Assembly: GCA_030390025.1 (NCBI GenBank)
Contig: CM059432.1
Span: forward strand, 139,316,001 to 139,380,000
Direction: 5' to 3'
Length of the DNA stretch: 64,000 nt
Origin: Squalus acanthias
Lineage: Eukaryota
Part shown: positions 35,538 through 48,219 of the stretch, one piece after another
How positions within the stretch are numbered: position 1 is the stretch's first letter
Layout of the letters: each line of letters starts with the position of its first letter
Program-made: the position numbers and the translations under genes
Notes under the pieces: model-generated
What the model was told of the DNA's origin: nothing
The model's input: the letters and a program-made list of their open reading frames with translations, nothing else
Databases searched by the model: none

Positions 35538-37718
35538 GAAATGAGAAGTCGCACAACACCAGGTTATAGTCCAACAGATTTATTTAAAATTACAAGCTTT
35601 CGGAGCTATCGCCCCTTCTTCAGGTACAGTTACAATGAGTGAATCTACAAAAGTTCACAGAATATAAACACAGAAAATGCAGAGATACAATCTTTCCTTA
35701 CATCAAAGACACACCAAGAGCACAGCCAAGACAATGAGATGTGTCCCAGGGGGTCCAACGTGTCAAATCCTGCTGTCTGTAGCAGATCTCTCTCCATATC
35801 CCTTCCTCTCTCTCCGTCCTTTTTGGGGTTTGTTTTTTGTGGGGTTTTTTTGTGTTTGTTTTTTAAAAACTGGAAAGACAGACAACGATGTCAAGTCACG
35901 TTCTGTAGCGTGACATGAACCCGATATCCCTATTGAGGCCGTCCTCATGAGTGCGACTGGGAGGCAACCATCCTGCCTGGCGATTGTTGCGCGGTGTCCG
36001 TTCATACGTTGTCTCAGTGTCTGCATGGTCTCGCCGATGTACCATGCTCTGGGGCATCCTTTCCTGCAACGTATCAGGTAGACAACGTTGGCCGAGTCAC
36101 ATGAGTATGTACCATGTACCTGGTGGGTAGTGTCCTCGCGTGTGATGACGGTATCTGTGTTCATGATCTGGCATGTCTTACAGAGGTTGCTGTGGCAGGG
36201 TTGTGTGGTGTCGTGGTCGCTGTTCTCCTGACAGCTGGGTAATTTGCTGCGAACGATGGTACTTTTGAGGTTAGGCGGCTGCTTGAAGGCGAGTAGTGGA
36301 GGCGTGGGGATGGCCTTAGCAAGGTGTTCGTCGTCATCGATGACATGTTGAAGGCTGCGAAGAACATGGCGTAGTTTCTCCGCTCCGGGGAAGTACTGGA
36401 CGACGTAGGGTACTCTGTTGGTTGTGTCCCGTGTTCGCCTTCTGAGGAGGTCTATGCGGTTTTTCGCTGTGGCCCGTCGGAACTGTCGATCGACGAGTCG
36501 AGCGTCATATCCCGTTCTTACGAGGGCGTCTTTCAGTGTCCGTAGGTGTCCATCGCGTTCCTCCTCGTCTGAGCAGATCCTGTATATTCGCAGGGCTTGT
36601 CCATAGGGGATGGCTTCTTTAACGTGGTTAGGGTGGAAGCTGGAGAAGTGGAGCATCATGAGGTTGTCCGTGGGCTTGCGGTAGAGTGAAGTGCTGAGGC
36701 GTCCGTCTTTGATGGAGATTCGTGTGTCCAAGAATGAAACCGATTGTGAGGAGTAGTCCATGGTGAGTTTGATGGTGGGATGGAACCTGTTGATGCTATC
36801 GTGTAGTCCTTTCAGTGATCCTTCGCCGTGGGTCCAAAGGAAGAAGATGTCGTCGATGTATCTGGTGTACAGCGTTGGCTGGAGGTCCTGTGCAGCGAAG
36901 AAGTCTTGCTCGAACTTGTGCATGAAGATGTTGGCGTATTGGGGTGCGAATTTGGTCCCCATGGCTGTTCCGTGTGTTTGGGTAAAAAACTGGTTGTCGA
37001 AGGTGAAGACATTGTGGTCAAGGATGAAGCGGATGAGTTGTAGGATGGCGTCTGGAGATTGGCTGTTGTTGGTGTTGAGTAGTGAGGCTGTCGCAGCGAT
37101 GCCGTCATCGTGGGGGATATTGGTGTAGAGTGCCGATACGTCCATCGTGGCGAGGAGTGTTCCTGGTTCAACTGGTCCATGGGTGCTGAGTTTCTGCAAG
37201 AAGTCTGTAGTGTCGCGACAGAAGCTGGGGGTTCCCTGTACGATGGGTTTCAGGATGCCCTCGACGTACCCAGAGAGGTTCTCACACAGGGTTCCGTTGC
37301 CTGATACGATAGGACGTCCAGGGTGTGTTGGCTTTGTGTATCTTTGGGAGGCAGTAAAAGTCTCCTACGCGGGGAGTACGTGGGATGAGAGCGCGTAGGA
37401 TGTTTTGAAGGTCTGGATCGAAGGTCTTGATCAGTCTATTGAGTTGGCGGGTGTGTTCTTTGGTCGGATCTGCGGGTAGCTGTCTGTAGTGTTCCTGGTT
37501 GTCCAGTTGTCGGTATGCTTCTTTGCAATAGTCCATTCTGTTCTGTATGACGATGGCTCCTCCTTTGTCCGCTGGTTTGATGACGATGTTGCGGTTGGTC
37601 TTGAGAGCGTGGATGGCGTTGCGTTGTGCTCGGGTGACATTCTGGACTGTCTTGTGAGTGCGGCTGATGAATCTGGCGTTGATGCATTTCCTGACAGCTT
37701 GAGCATACATGTCAAGGC
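35538..37718 (-). mobile_element. Penelope-like retroelement, 5'-truncated: RT plus GIY-YIG ORF and 3' pseudo-LTR with hammerhead
   Basis: KPADKG, DVSALYTNI, GTAMG, RYIDD, NVVYLIRC..YIGET motifs; TSD ACAATTTACA (35528-35537 / 37719-37728); splits a CR1 at [16 protein letters not shown]. Confidence 0.93.
35591..35626 (-). ncRNA. Minimal type I hammerhead ribozyme motif in Penelope 3' pLTR
   Basis: tac-CTGAAGA-a-GGGGC GATA GCTCC-GAAA-GCTT-gta. Confidence 0.7.
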
Positions 37719-38969
37719 ACAATTTACAATGTACAGGGCATTGGTGAGGCCACACCTGGAGTACTGTGTACAGTTCTGGTCTCCTTACCTAAGGAAAGAC
37801 ATACTTGCCTTAGAGGGAGTGCAACAAAGGTTCACTAGACTGGTTCCTGGGACGAGGGGATTGCCCTATAAGGAGAGGTTGAGTAGACTAGGCCTATAGT
37901 CACTAGAGTTTAGAAGAATGAGAGGTGATCTAATTGAAACATATAAAATTCTTAAGGGGCTTGACAGGGTTAATGCTGGGAAAATGTTTCCCCTGGCTGG
38001 GGAGTCTAGAACACGGGGTCACAGTCTCAGAATAAGGGGTCAGGCCATTTAGGACTGAGATGAGGAGAAATTTCTTCACTCAGAGGGTGGTGAATCTTTG
38101 GAATTCTCTACCCCAGAGGGCTGTGGTGACTCAGTCGTTGAGTATATTCAAGACAGAGGTCGATAGATTTTGGGGATTGTGCGGGAAGGTGGAGTTGAGG
38201 TAGAAGATCAGCCATAATCTTGTTAAATGGTGGAGCAGGCTCAAAGGGCCAAATGGCCTCCTCCAGCTCCTATTTCTTATGTTCTTATGTCTTCTATTTG
38301 TGACTCCCTAGTCTTGGACTCCCCAACAAGTGGAAACATCTTTTCTACGAATTATGAAAGCAGTTACACATTGTTTTCACTGACATTTAAAAAAATTCTT
38401 TTCAACTTCACTTGTCTTGTTTCAAATGTCCAAAATTCCGTGAGAACAATTAAAATATAACGCGGAGCGTATCTTAATGACTCTTTCAGCCTGCGGGAAA
38501 TTTAATTCACAGCACGAATAATTCAGAAATGAAAGCCAAAGCCAAGTTTTTACAATGCAGACATTTGGCAGTGTTTTGATATATTTTAAATGCATTTCTC
38601 TGTATCTCATTATGGGCTAGACATCAACATTATCAACACAGCTACCAGAGCTGAGCAGACCCAGTTGAATATTTATAACTAAAATATAAAGGCAAGCTGC
38701 AAATTGCCAAAAATTTCATGAGTAAATATTATCAAAAAGATTTAACATTTTTCCAGAGACACTGTGCTACAAAATAAATATAAATTAGGAAGTACTTCTG
38801 AAATATATTACTGGAAAAAAATAGGTTGACTTCGAGATGAGCATCCCGTAAACACTCTTCTCTTAAATGTGAATGCTTTGTTACCCTAGCAAGCTCGTGC
38901 CACGCCCATGTGAATAGAAACTGCCCAAACAAAAAAGTGCTCCAGTATTGCAACAGGTGACAGTGTCTG

Positions 38970-39418
38970 GCAGTCGTGGCTCAGTGGGTAGCACTCTCGC
39001 CTCTGAGTCAGAGAGGCCACGGGTTCAAATGCCCCACTCCAGAGACTTGAGCGCCTAATCTAGTCTGACACTCTCGGTGCCAATACTGAGGGAGCGCTGC
39101 TCTGTTGGAGGGGCCGTCTTTTGGATGAGACGTTAAACAGAGGCCCTGACTGCCCTCTCAGGTGGACGTAAAAGATACCATGACACTATTTCGAAGAAGT
39201 GTTTCCTCTGGTGTCCCGGCCAATATTAATATCCCTCAGCCAATATCACTAAAACAGATTAACTGGTCATTATCACGTTGTTGTTTGTGAGAGCTTGCTG
39301 TGCGCAAATTGGCTGCCACATTTCCTTCATTACAACAGTGACTACTCTTCAAAAGTACTTAATTGGCTGTAAAGTGCTTTGGGACGTCCTGAGGATGTGA
39401 AAGTTCTTTCTTTTTCTT
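38970..39418 (+). mobile_element. DeuSINE, full length
   Basis: Same family; shorter pieces also at ~2262-2415, 7770-7975, 12057-12200, 14970-15190, 54258-54365 and 63436-63690. Confidence 0.83.
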
Positions 39419-39614
39419 TTTATGACCTGACAGACTCCTTATTACTCTTCTGAAGGTCCAGTAAAAAAAATTGATTTTAGTGAAAGAAAACTGCGTTTGA
39501 GAAAAAGTTTGGCAGAAATTCAAATATTCAGTGGGATGAAATGACAAAATCTTATTTCAAACTGCAAGAACAGTGATCTGCAGAATCTGCAGATTTCTCA
39601 GAATATTTTGCAAA

Positions 39615-42600
39615 GTTTTGGGGAGGGTTTAAACTAATTTGGCAGGGGGATGGGCACCAGGATGTAGCATTAGAAAGGAGAAACAAGGTGCACAAAGGAT
39701 GGAGAGACAGAGAGCACTAGAGTAAGAAATAGTACGGACTTAGGAGGTGTCAGACTAAGAGAGAATACAAGAAGGTCTAAGATAGGTTTACAGTGCATGT
39801 GTGTAAATGCACGAAGCGTGGTAAATAAGGTTGGTGAGCTGCAGGCGCAAAGAGCCACATGGAAATATGATTTTCTGGCTCAAAAAAAGGCAGGATTGGG
39901 TACTAAATATTCCTGGATATAAGGTGTTCAGGAAAGATAGGGCAGGAAATAAAGGAGGTGGGGTGGCAGTATTGATTAAGGAGAATATTACAGTGCTGGA
40001 GAGAGAGGATGTCCTGGAGGGGTCAAGGACAGAATCTATTTGGTTAGAGTTAAGAAACAATGGCGGTGCCATTACACTATTAGGTGTATTTTAAACACCA
40101 CCAACTAGTGTGAAAGATATAGCAAATTTGCGGGGAAATTACAGAGAGGTGCAAGAACTATAGAGGAGTGATAATGGGGGACTTCAATTATCCTAAAATA
40201 GACTGGGATAGTCATGGTGTAAAGGACAGAGAGGGGAAGAATTTCTGAAGTGTGTTCAGGGGAACTTTCTTGATCAGTACTTTTCCGGCCCAACGAGGAA
40301 GGAGGCATTGCTGGATCTGGTTCTGGGGAATGAGGTGGGTCAGGTGGATCAAGTGTCAGTAGGGGAACATTTAGGGAACAGTGATCATAGTATCATAAGA
40401 TTTAGATTAGCTATGGAAAAGGACAGGGGGCAATCTAGTGTTAAAATACTTAATTGGAGGAAGGCCAATTTCAGTGGGTTGAGAACGGACCTGGCCCGGG
40501 TAAATTGGAATCAAAGATTGGCAGGCCAAACTGTAATTGAACAATGGGCTGCCTTTAAAGAGGAGATGGTTCGGGGTACATTCCCACGAGGGGGAAAGGT
40601 AGGGCAACTAAAGCCAGAGCTCCCTGGATGACGAAAGAGATAGAGAGTAAGATGAAGCAGTAAAAAGGGGGCTTATGACAGATGTCAGGTTGAGAATACA
40701 AGTGAGAACCAGCCTAAATATAGAACGTTCAGAGGGGAAGTGAAAAAGGAAATAAGAGGGGCAAAGAGAGAGTATGAGAATAGACTGGCAGCTGATATAA
40801 AAGGGAATCCAAATGTCTTCTTTAGGCATATAAATAGTAAACGGGTAGTAAGAGGAGGGGTGAGGCCAATTAGGGACCAAAATGGAGACCTACGCATGGA
40901 GGCAGAGGGCATGGCTGAGGTACTAAATGAGTACTTTGCATCTGTCTTTACCAAAGAAGAAGATGCTGCCAAAGTCATAGTGAAAGAGGAGGTAGTTGAG
41001 ATACTGGATGGGATAAAAATTGATAAGGAGGAGGTACTAGAAAGGCTGGCTGTACTTAAAGTAGATAAGTCACCAGGACAGATGGGATGCATCCTTGGAT
41101 GCCGAGGGAAGTAAATGTGGAAATTGCGGAGGTACTGGCCATAATCTTCCAATCCTCCTTTTATATGGGGGGTGGTGCCAGAGGACTGGAGAATTGCAAA
41201 TTGTTACACACTTGTTCAAAAAAGGGTGTAAAGATAAACCCAGCAACTACAGACCAGTCAGCTTAACCTCGGTGGTGGGGAAGCTTTTAGAAATGATAAT
41301 CCGGGACAAAATTAATCGTCACTTGGACAAGTGTGGATTAATTAAGGGAAACCAGCACGGATTTGTTAAAGGTAAATTGTGTTAAACTAACTTGATTGAA
41401 TTTTTTGATGAGGTATCAGAGAGGGTTGATGAGGGCTACATGGACTTCCAAAAGGCGTTTGATAAAGTGCCACGTAATAGGCTTGCCAGCAAAGTTGAAG
41501 TCCATTGAATAAAAAGGACAGTGGCAGCATGGATATGAAATTGGCTAAGTATCAGGAAACAGGGAGTAGTGGTGAACGGTTGTTTTTCGGACTGGAGGAA
41601 GGTATACAGTGGTGTTCTCCAGGGGTTGGTACTAGGACCACTGCCTTTCTTGATATATATTAATGACTTGGACCCGTGTGTACAGGGCACTATTTCAAAA
41701 TTTGCAGATGACACAAAACTTGGAAGCATAGTGAATAGTGAGGAGGATAGGGATAGACTTCAAGAGGACACAGACAGGCTGGTAGAATGGGCGGACACGT
41801 GGCAGATGAAATTTAACGCAGAAAAGTGCGAAGTGATACATTTTGGTAGAAAGAATGAGAGGCTATATAAACTAAAGAGTACAATTCTAAAGTGGGTGCA
41901 TGAACAGAGAGACCGGGGGTATATGTGCACAAATCATTGAAGGTGGCAGGGCAGGTTGAGAAAGCGGTTAAAAAAGCATACGGGATCCTGAGCTTCATAA
42001 ATAGAGGCATAGGGCTGGATTTTGATACTGGGGGCGGGTTGGGGTCGTGAATCCCACTTTTTAGGTTGTAGACCCACCTCCATCGACTTGTGGCCAACCC
42101 ACTGTATTTTCCCTTGATTGACCTTGTTGAGCCCGCCCAGTGAGCTCAGCAGGCCAATTAAGGGCCACCCGGCAACAGGTGACGTCACAGATTGACATTT
42201 CATCTGTCAAGAGCTTTTGACAGATGAAATATCAGCGTTTGACAGCTCTGTGAAGCTGTCAAACACTGACAATTTGTCTTCTAACTTGAGTCCTTCCTCT
42301 CAGGCTGAGTTAGAAATCATTCCAGCACAGAAAGCAGAAGGCTGCAGTTTTTGACAGCACCACGACCTTTCTGCTTTCTGTGCCGGTGAGATTTCTAACT
42401 CCTGAGACCTGAAGGGCTGACACCTGCAGGAGGAAGTTAAGGTAAGTAAAACTTTTTTCCACACTTTGCACTTACCTTACACACTTACCTCTGCACACAT
42501 GCACCCATCACTCACCTGCCCACCGGACATATCGACCCCTCCAACCCCTGCAGACCCACGGTCCGCCTCGCTAAGTTGGTGTGGTTGGCACCTGTCGGGA

Positions 42601-43460
42601 AGCCCACATTTCAGCCATGAAAATAGGGATTAGGTAAAAAACTGCCTGTTAACTACCTGTTAACAGGCAGTTAATTGTCACTAATCCCTGCCTGCCTTGG
42701 GGAGTCGGGTCCCAGCACAGGTCGGGTACCCGCCTCCAGCGAAACTGGTATGGAGGCGGGTTGGGGGCGGGATGGGGTCGGGGACCCCCAAATCTGCAAC
42801 TTTAACCCCCCCGCCCCCGCCTCCAAACCCGCCTCCACGGGTCAATGAAAATCCAGCCCATAGAGTACAAAAGCAAGGCAGTTATGATTAACCTTTATAA
42901 AACACTGGTTCAGCCCCAACTGGAGTATTGTGTCCAATTCTGGGCACCGCACTTTAGGAAGGATGTGAAGGCCTTAGAGAGGGTGCAGAAAAGATTTACA
43001 AGAATGGGTCCAGGGATGAGGAATTACAGTTACGTGGATAGACTGGTGAAGCTGGGGTTGTTCTCCTTTGAGCAGAGAAGATTGAGAGGAGATTCGATAG
43101 AGGTGTTCAAAGTCATGAGGGGTCTAGACAGAGTAGATAGAGAGAAACTGTTTCCATTGGAGGACACAGATTTAAGGTGATTGTCCAAAGATCCAAAGGT
43201 GACATGAGGAAAAACTTTTTTACGCAGCGAGTGGTTAGGATCTGGAATTCACTGCCTGGAAAGGTGGTGGAGGCAGATTCAATCGTGGCTTTCAAAAGGG
43301 AGTTGGATAAGTACCTGAAGGAAAAAAAATTGCAGGGCTACGGGGAAAGGGCAGGGGGAGTGGGACTAGCTGAAGTGCTCTTGCAGAGAGCCGGCACGGG
43401 CTAGATGGGCCGAACGGCCTCCTACTGTGCTGTAATGATTCTATGAATCTATGATTCTGA
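39615..43460 (+). mobile_element. Long decayed CR1 LINE (ORF1 tail, endonuclease, RT, 3' UTR), split by a MITE
   Basis: [68 protein letters not shown]; (ATTCTATG)n-like tail; many stops and frameshifts. Confidence 0.93.
42012..42859 (+). mobile_element. Harbinger-type MITE inserted in CR1 ORF2
   Basis: Perfect TIR GGGCTGGATTTT; TSD ATA; splits FINRGI|EYKSK. Confidence 0.9.
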
Positions 43461-46211
43461 AGCAACATAACACATCGACAACAGGTCATAGTTTTAATGT
43501 TCAAAATGGAAACTGTAGCTTGGGGAGATTAATCCAGGCTTAGCAACAGTCGGCATCTGGGAATCTGTTTCTATTGGATGTGCTGCTCGCTTAAAGTAGG
43601 TGAAGGTGCATCTTGATGTCCATCTCTGCCTGTACACAGAGCCAAAAACAAGACCCCCCACGAGACGGCATCAACATGTTACATGGCTTAGCTTATCCTC
43701 ATTGCAAACAAGCAAGTGAAAAGTCACATGCTGCTATGAGCTGAAAGTGCACACTGCCCTATTAATAGTCATGGAATGTAGACAATGTTTTGTGCCCGAG
43801 TGCTCAGCTAAATACAAGTATCAAAGGAAGGTTTACCGGCTTATTAACAAAAATCTGGAAAACAGTTATTCAGAAAAATTCACTGCCGCCGCTAAACGGA
43901 GGTGCTTCGCTTTCCCTTGTTGTGCATGTGTGCGCGCATCGCTGACAGAAGGCGTCAGGTCAGAAAAGAAGGAGTAAAGAGGAAAGCTCTTACAGAAGGC
44001 TGTGCTCTGAACCCCGCAAGCACAGGAAGATACACCATTCGGTTCCATTCAGGTAGTTGAATAATCTGTTGGAAATGTTTGGCAAGTGCTTAACCATTGA
44101 AGTACTGGGTCGTGGCTTTCCTCTAACTTGTCGTCTGCACGTGCCTGTCACTTGCTTGTAAACAAGTTAAAAGAAAATAATGATTTACTGATGTTATACT
44201 TTGAATAGAATTCTTTGGTGTCGTCAGTAAAATGTCTTGTGTGGATTTCATGAGTAATTGCTCCTTATATGTGTGATGTTTGCATGTAGCATCCATTACT
44301 TTATATCACAGAAAGCATTGGTGGTTTGATCGAATGTCTATCCTACAAAATTCTGGCCTCAAATTTCCTTGGGGATTTTTAGTGCACTGCGGGTGTTACC
44401 AGGAGGAGTCGGGGGAGGGGGGTGGGGCAGAAACTGGGACACATTTACGCAGTGTTACTGCCCAGTGTGGGATGTGCCAACATTCCACGGGCGGGTCTTT
44501 TGTGTCTTGCCCTCTTTGCTGCCGATAGCATACGAAGAAGCAGCACTGGTGCGAGTGCTGGCAGAATTCCGGCAGAATTCCTGAGTGTTGTGCCCTTGGT
44601 GCCCACGGCATGTGTACCGTGTGCCAAGCGTCAGAAGCGGGCTCAGATTTGACAAGGCCGGTCCTCTTGCAACAACCGGCGGCAAAGCTGTCACTTGCCT
44701 CGAGGAGAACGGCCTTCGTGTCGTCTGAAAGCTTCTTCGGATTGACCTACTGGTGCTTGAGCCCAGGAGCTAGGTTCTAATTTCTCCCCACCCCCCACCT
44801 CCCCCCACTCATGGGAATAGAGGCCGCAGAAGATGGTGAAGAAGAGGGGAGGGCTGCGAATATGTGTCGGAGAGTTCATATGGATGGAGAGATTTAGACA
44901 GGACTCGGGGAAGTAAGTTTGGAGATGAATGGACGAGGGGAGCTGAGGTGGAGTTCAAAATCCCCTCAGTGAGGCATCACACCTCAAAGTGTGGCATCTG
45001 AAAGGCCTCAATTCTCAAAAGCGTCAGGTGCCAGTTGGGCAAGAAACGTAATTGGCTTAAATAACCATTATCTGTTGCTAACCATACTGAGTGCTTCACC
45101 ATTGGATATTTGAGCCAATCAAAAATCCATTCCATTCATTGGACAAATGGAAAAGCTTCCATTCAGCGACTCGGAAGTACGACAATCCCACCCAATCAAA
45201 TATTTCAATATTATTTACACAAAGCAATCTGGAACCAGCAAGGACGACAAAACTAACCAATCGAGACATTCAATTTCTTCCTACTGTTCTTGACGGCTGT
45301 TATCCTTCTTCTCTGAGGCCATTGTACGCAGCTAGAATTAACATAGGGCGGGGGGGGGGGATTTTCCTCATTGTTTCTGGCACATTTACCGTGCAGGAAC
45401 AGCGTGGGAAATATTTTTTCAGTGAGGAAATTCTAGTGCAAACTGTTTTCGCCTCATTTTTGTCACTAACTACTTCTCCTCCCCCCCCCCCCCCGAGTTT
45501 CCGCAGCTTCCTGCGATCGACCCGCCGAGTCACCACTGAGGTGATGAGTATGCTGGGTGGACCACCATCATGTCGAGTCTGCAGCAGGACTATGGCAAAC
45601 AACAAAAATCCCGCTCCAAGTCCAGGACTATCTGAACAGGAGGCCCACCTCTAGAATGTTAGAAATATTGGATATCTGACAGTGGATTACTGGTAGTTCA
45701 TAGGATCATAGAATCTGACAGCACAGAAGGAGGCCATTCGGCCCATCGTGCCTGTGCCGGCTCTTTGAAAGAGCTGTCCAATTAGTCCCACTCCCCCCTC
45801 CTCTTTCCCCATAGCCCTGAAATTTTTTTCCCCTTCAAGTATCTATCCAATTCCCTTTTGAAAGTTACTACTGAATCTGCATTCACCACCCTTTCGGACA
45901 ATGCTTTCCAAATCGCAACAACTCGCTACGTAAAATTTATTCTCCTCATCTCACCAATGGCTCTTTTGCCAATGACCTTAAAAAAAGTTATACAATCCCA
46001 GGGTTCAGGTAACAAGCCGAGCCACTGTCGAGGTCTGTGATATAATTTAAACTCTTTATAATCCACTTCTAACCATGAACAACCCATATCCATGAACTCG
46101 GAATTAGTATGGGATCAATTACAGAATTTTTATGTTATTTGCATGTTTAATTTTCCTATTCTTCCTGAGCCACACACAAACGAATGTTTATAAAACCTTC
46201 TGTTTTCCAGC

Positions 46212-47576
46212 ATGGGTGAAGGTGGTCACCATACTGTTCTCCACAACTGTTTCCATTTTAAAGAAAGGGACCTGTCTTATCAATTATTAAAACAGCTTAA
46301 TATTCTACGACACGAAGAGACATTGACTGATGTAATTCTTTGCGCTGGGGACAAAGAAGTCCCTTGTCACCGAAATGTACTGGCATCAAGTAGCCCTTAT
46401 TTCAGGGCCATGTTTTGTGACAATTTCAAAGAAAGCTTCCTAACACGGGTGCATTTGTTGGGGATCCATGTGGACATCCTGACTCAGATTGTGGACTATG
46501 TCTATACAGGAGAGATTACCATAAACACAGCAAACGTTTTCTCTTTGATGGAAGCTGCTGGGATTTACCAGTACCCCAAAGTGCTTGAGGCTTGCTCACT
46601 GTACTTGCAAAATCAGTTGACTGCTGAAAACTGCCTCAGCCTGGCAAGACTGGCGCAAATATTCAGTTGTGAAAGCTTGCAGAAACAGGCTAAGGCAATG
46701 GCACTGGCACATTTCCTGGAGGTAGCATCATCTGAGGACCTGAAGGAGCTCTCCTGCACTGAACTTGCAGACTACCTTGGAGATGATGAACTGTGCGCTG
46801 ACGAAGAGGAAGTTTTCGACACACTGACAACTTGGATCAGCCACGACCCAAAGGCCAGACAGAAACATATGCATGAGCTCCTCAAGAAGGTCCGGCTCCA
46901 ATATGTCCATCCCACCTACCTCTTTCACTTTATAGCCAACAATCCCTTCGTTCAGTCATCACCTGTTTGCAAAAGCATCTTGGAGTCAGCCAGTCGGTTG
47001 TTGTTTTCTTTGAGCCCTTCAAACACCCCTGACATCAAGCCCATGTGGCACGTTCCACGCAGATATGCTTCCCAGGAGTTCCTCGTCATTATCGGAGGTA
47101 GGAAGGGTAACCAACAGACAACAAGGGAGGTGTTACTATATGACGCAAGGAGTCAGCAGTGGCTGGGTCTTTCCAAGCTTCCTGTGCACCTCTACAAAGC
47201 TTCTTCAGTGTGTTTACACAGTAATATATACATCCTTGGAGGACTGATCATTGAAAATAAGAAGACCATCATCAGTGCAAGTGTGTATAGCTTCTCTCTG
47301 AAAATGAACTGTTGGAGGTCTGAAGAAGATATGTTGGTACCATGCTACTCTCACCAGACCATCGCACACATGAACTATATTTTCTCCCTGGGAGGAGTTG
47401 GGCCAAATCAAGAGATACTAAATACACTGCACAGATATGACAGCATTTTCAGCATCTGGGAAGCGATGGCACCCATGCCCGTTGCCGTGCTACACCCGGC
47501 TATTGCCGCCAAAAACCAAAGACTCTATGTTTTCGGCGGAGAAGACATCGTACAGAATGCTGTTCGCCTGATACAG
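46212..47576 (+). CDS. KLHL38: Kelch-like protein 38, first coding exon (BTB, BACK and first kelch repeats; 455 aa)
   Basis: Acceptor ttttccag| just before the ATG; BTB (LTDVILC..PCHRNVLASSSPYFRAMF), BACK and GG-kelch motifs; donor cag|gtatag. Confidence 0.93.
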
Positions 47577-47949
47577 GTATAGCCGTCAGGACCATTCTCC
47601 ACTAATCTCTTGTGTTCAAAGACGGGGGGAGGGAAGGGCGGGGGCGGGGTGGGGGGTGAAATTGGACAACGTCAGCTTTTGCCCACCATAACACAAGCTG
47701 GTGATGTTTGTAGAGCTTGGAATAAATCAACTAGAAGCATCATCGAGAAGTTTTCTGAAAAAAATGTCACTTCTTCAGACAGCCGCAGAACCACACAACT
47801 TACAACACAGGACGCCATTTGACGCATCGCACCTTTGTAGCTGTTAGTTCTTCAATAGGTGCTCGCTGCTCAAATCTCACTTCCATGCCCCCTATCTCTG
47901 TACCTTTTGCTATGCTTTTTTTTTTGGATCCAATTACCTTTTAAGTTAT

Positions 47950-48155
47950 ACAGGAAACCCTCAGCAGGTCAGGCAGCATCTGTGGAGGGGGCAAAAAATG
48001 TTAATGTTTCAGGTTGATGACCTTTCGAAGCTCATCGACCGGAAACGTTAACTCTGTTTCTCTCTCTCCACAGATGCTGCCTGACCTGCTGAGTGTTTCC
48101 AGCATTTTCTGTTTTTATTCCAGATTCCCAGCATCCGCAGTACTTTGCTTTTGTT
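47950..48155. mobile_element. Short inverted (hairpin) Penelope-end insertion
   Basis: Arms 47960-48030 and 48033-48095 are reverse complements; TSD 14/16 match at 47934-47949 / 48156-48171. Confidence 0.72.
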
Positions 48156-48219
48156 TTACCTCTTAAATTATGTTACGTCGGCAGCTTCTATTAAACCACT
48201 CCATTTTCCAATCACCCTC

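Larger units (their letters stand above)
35150..38290 (+). mobile_element. CR1 3' fragment (35150-35537 and 37719-38290) split by Penelope
   Basis: [20 protein letters not shown] | [11 protein letters not shown]..3' UTR. Confidence 0.88.

Noticed and set aside
38300..38970. AT-rich unique block as a MEF2 muscle enhancer
   Set aside because: No exact YTA(A/T)4TAR site seen; cannot be supported without conservation data.
44355..45660. GC-richer block with ORF 45091-45654, possibly an old MITE or a gene
   Set aside because: No recognisable domain; TIR-like ends too degenerate and no TSD that I can support.
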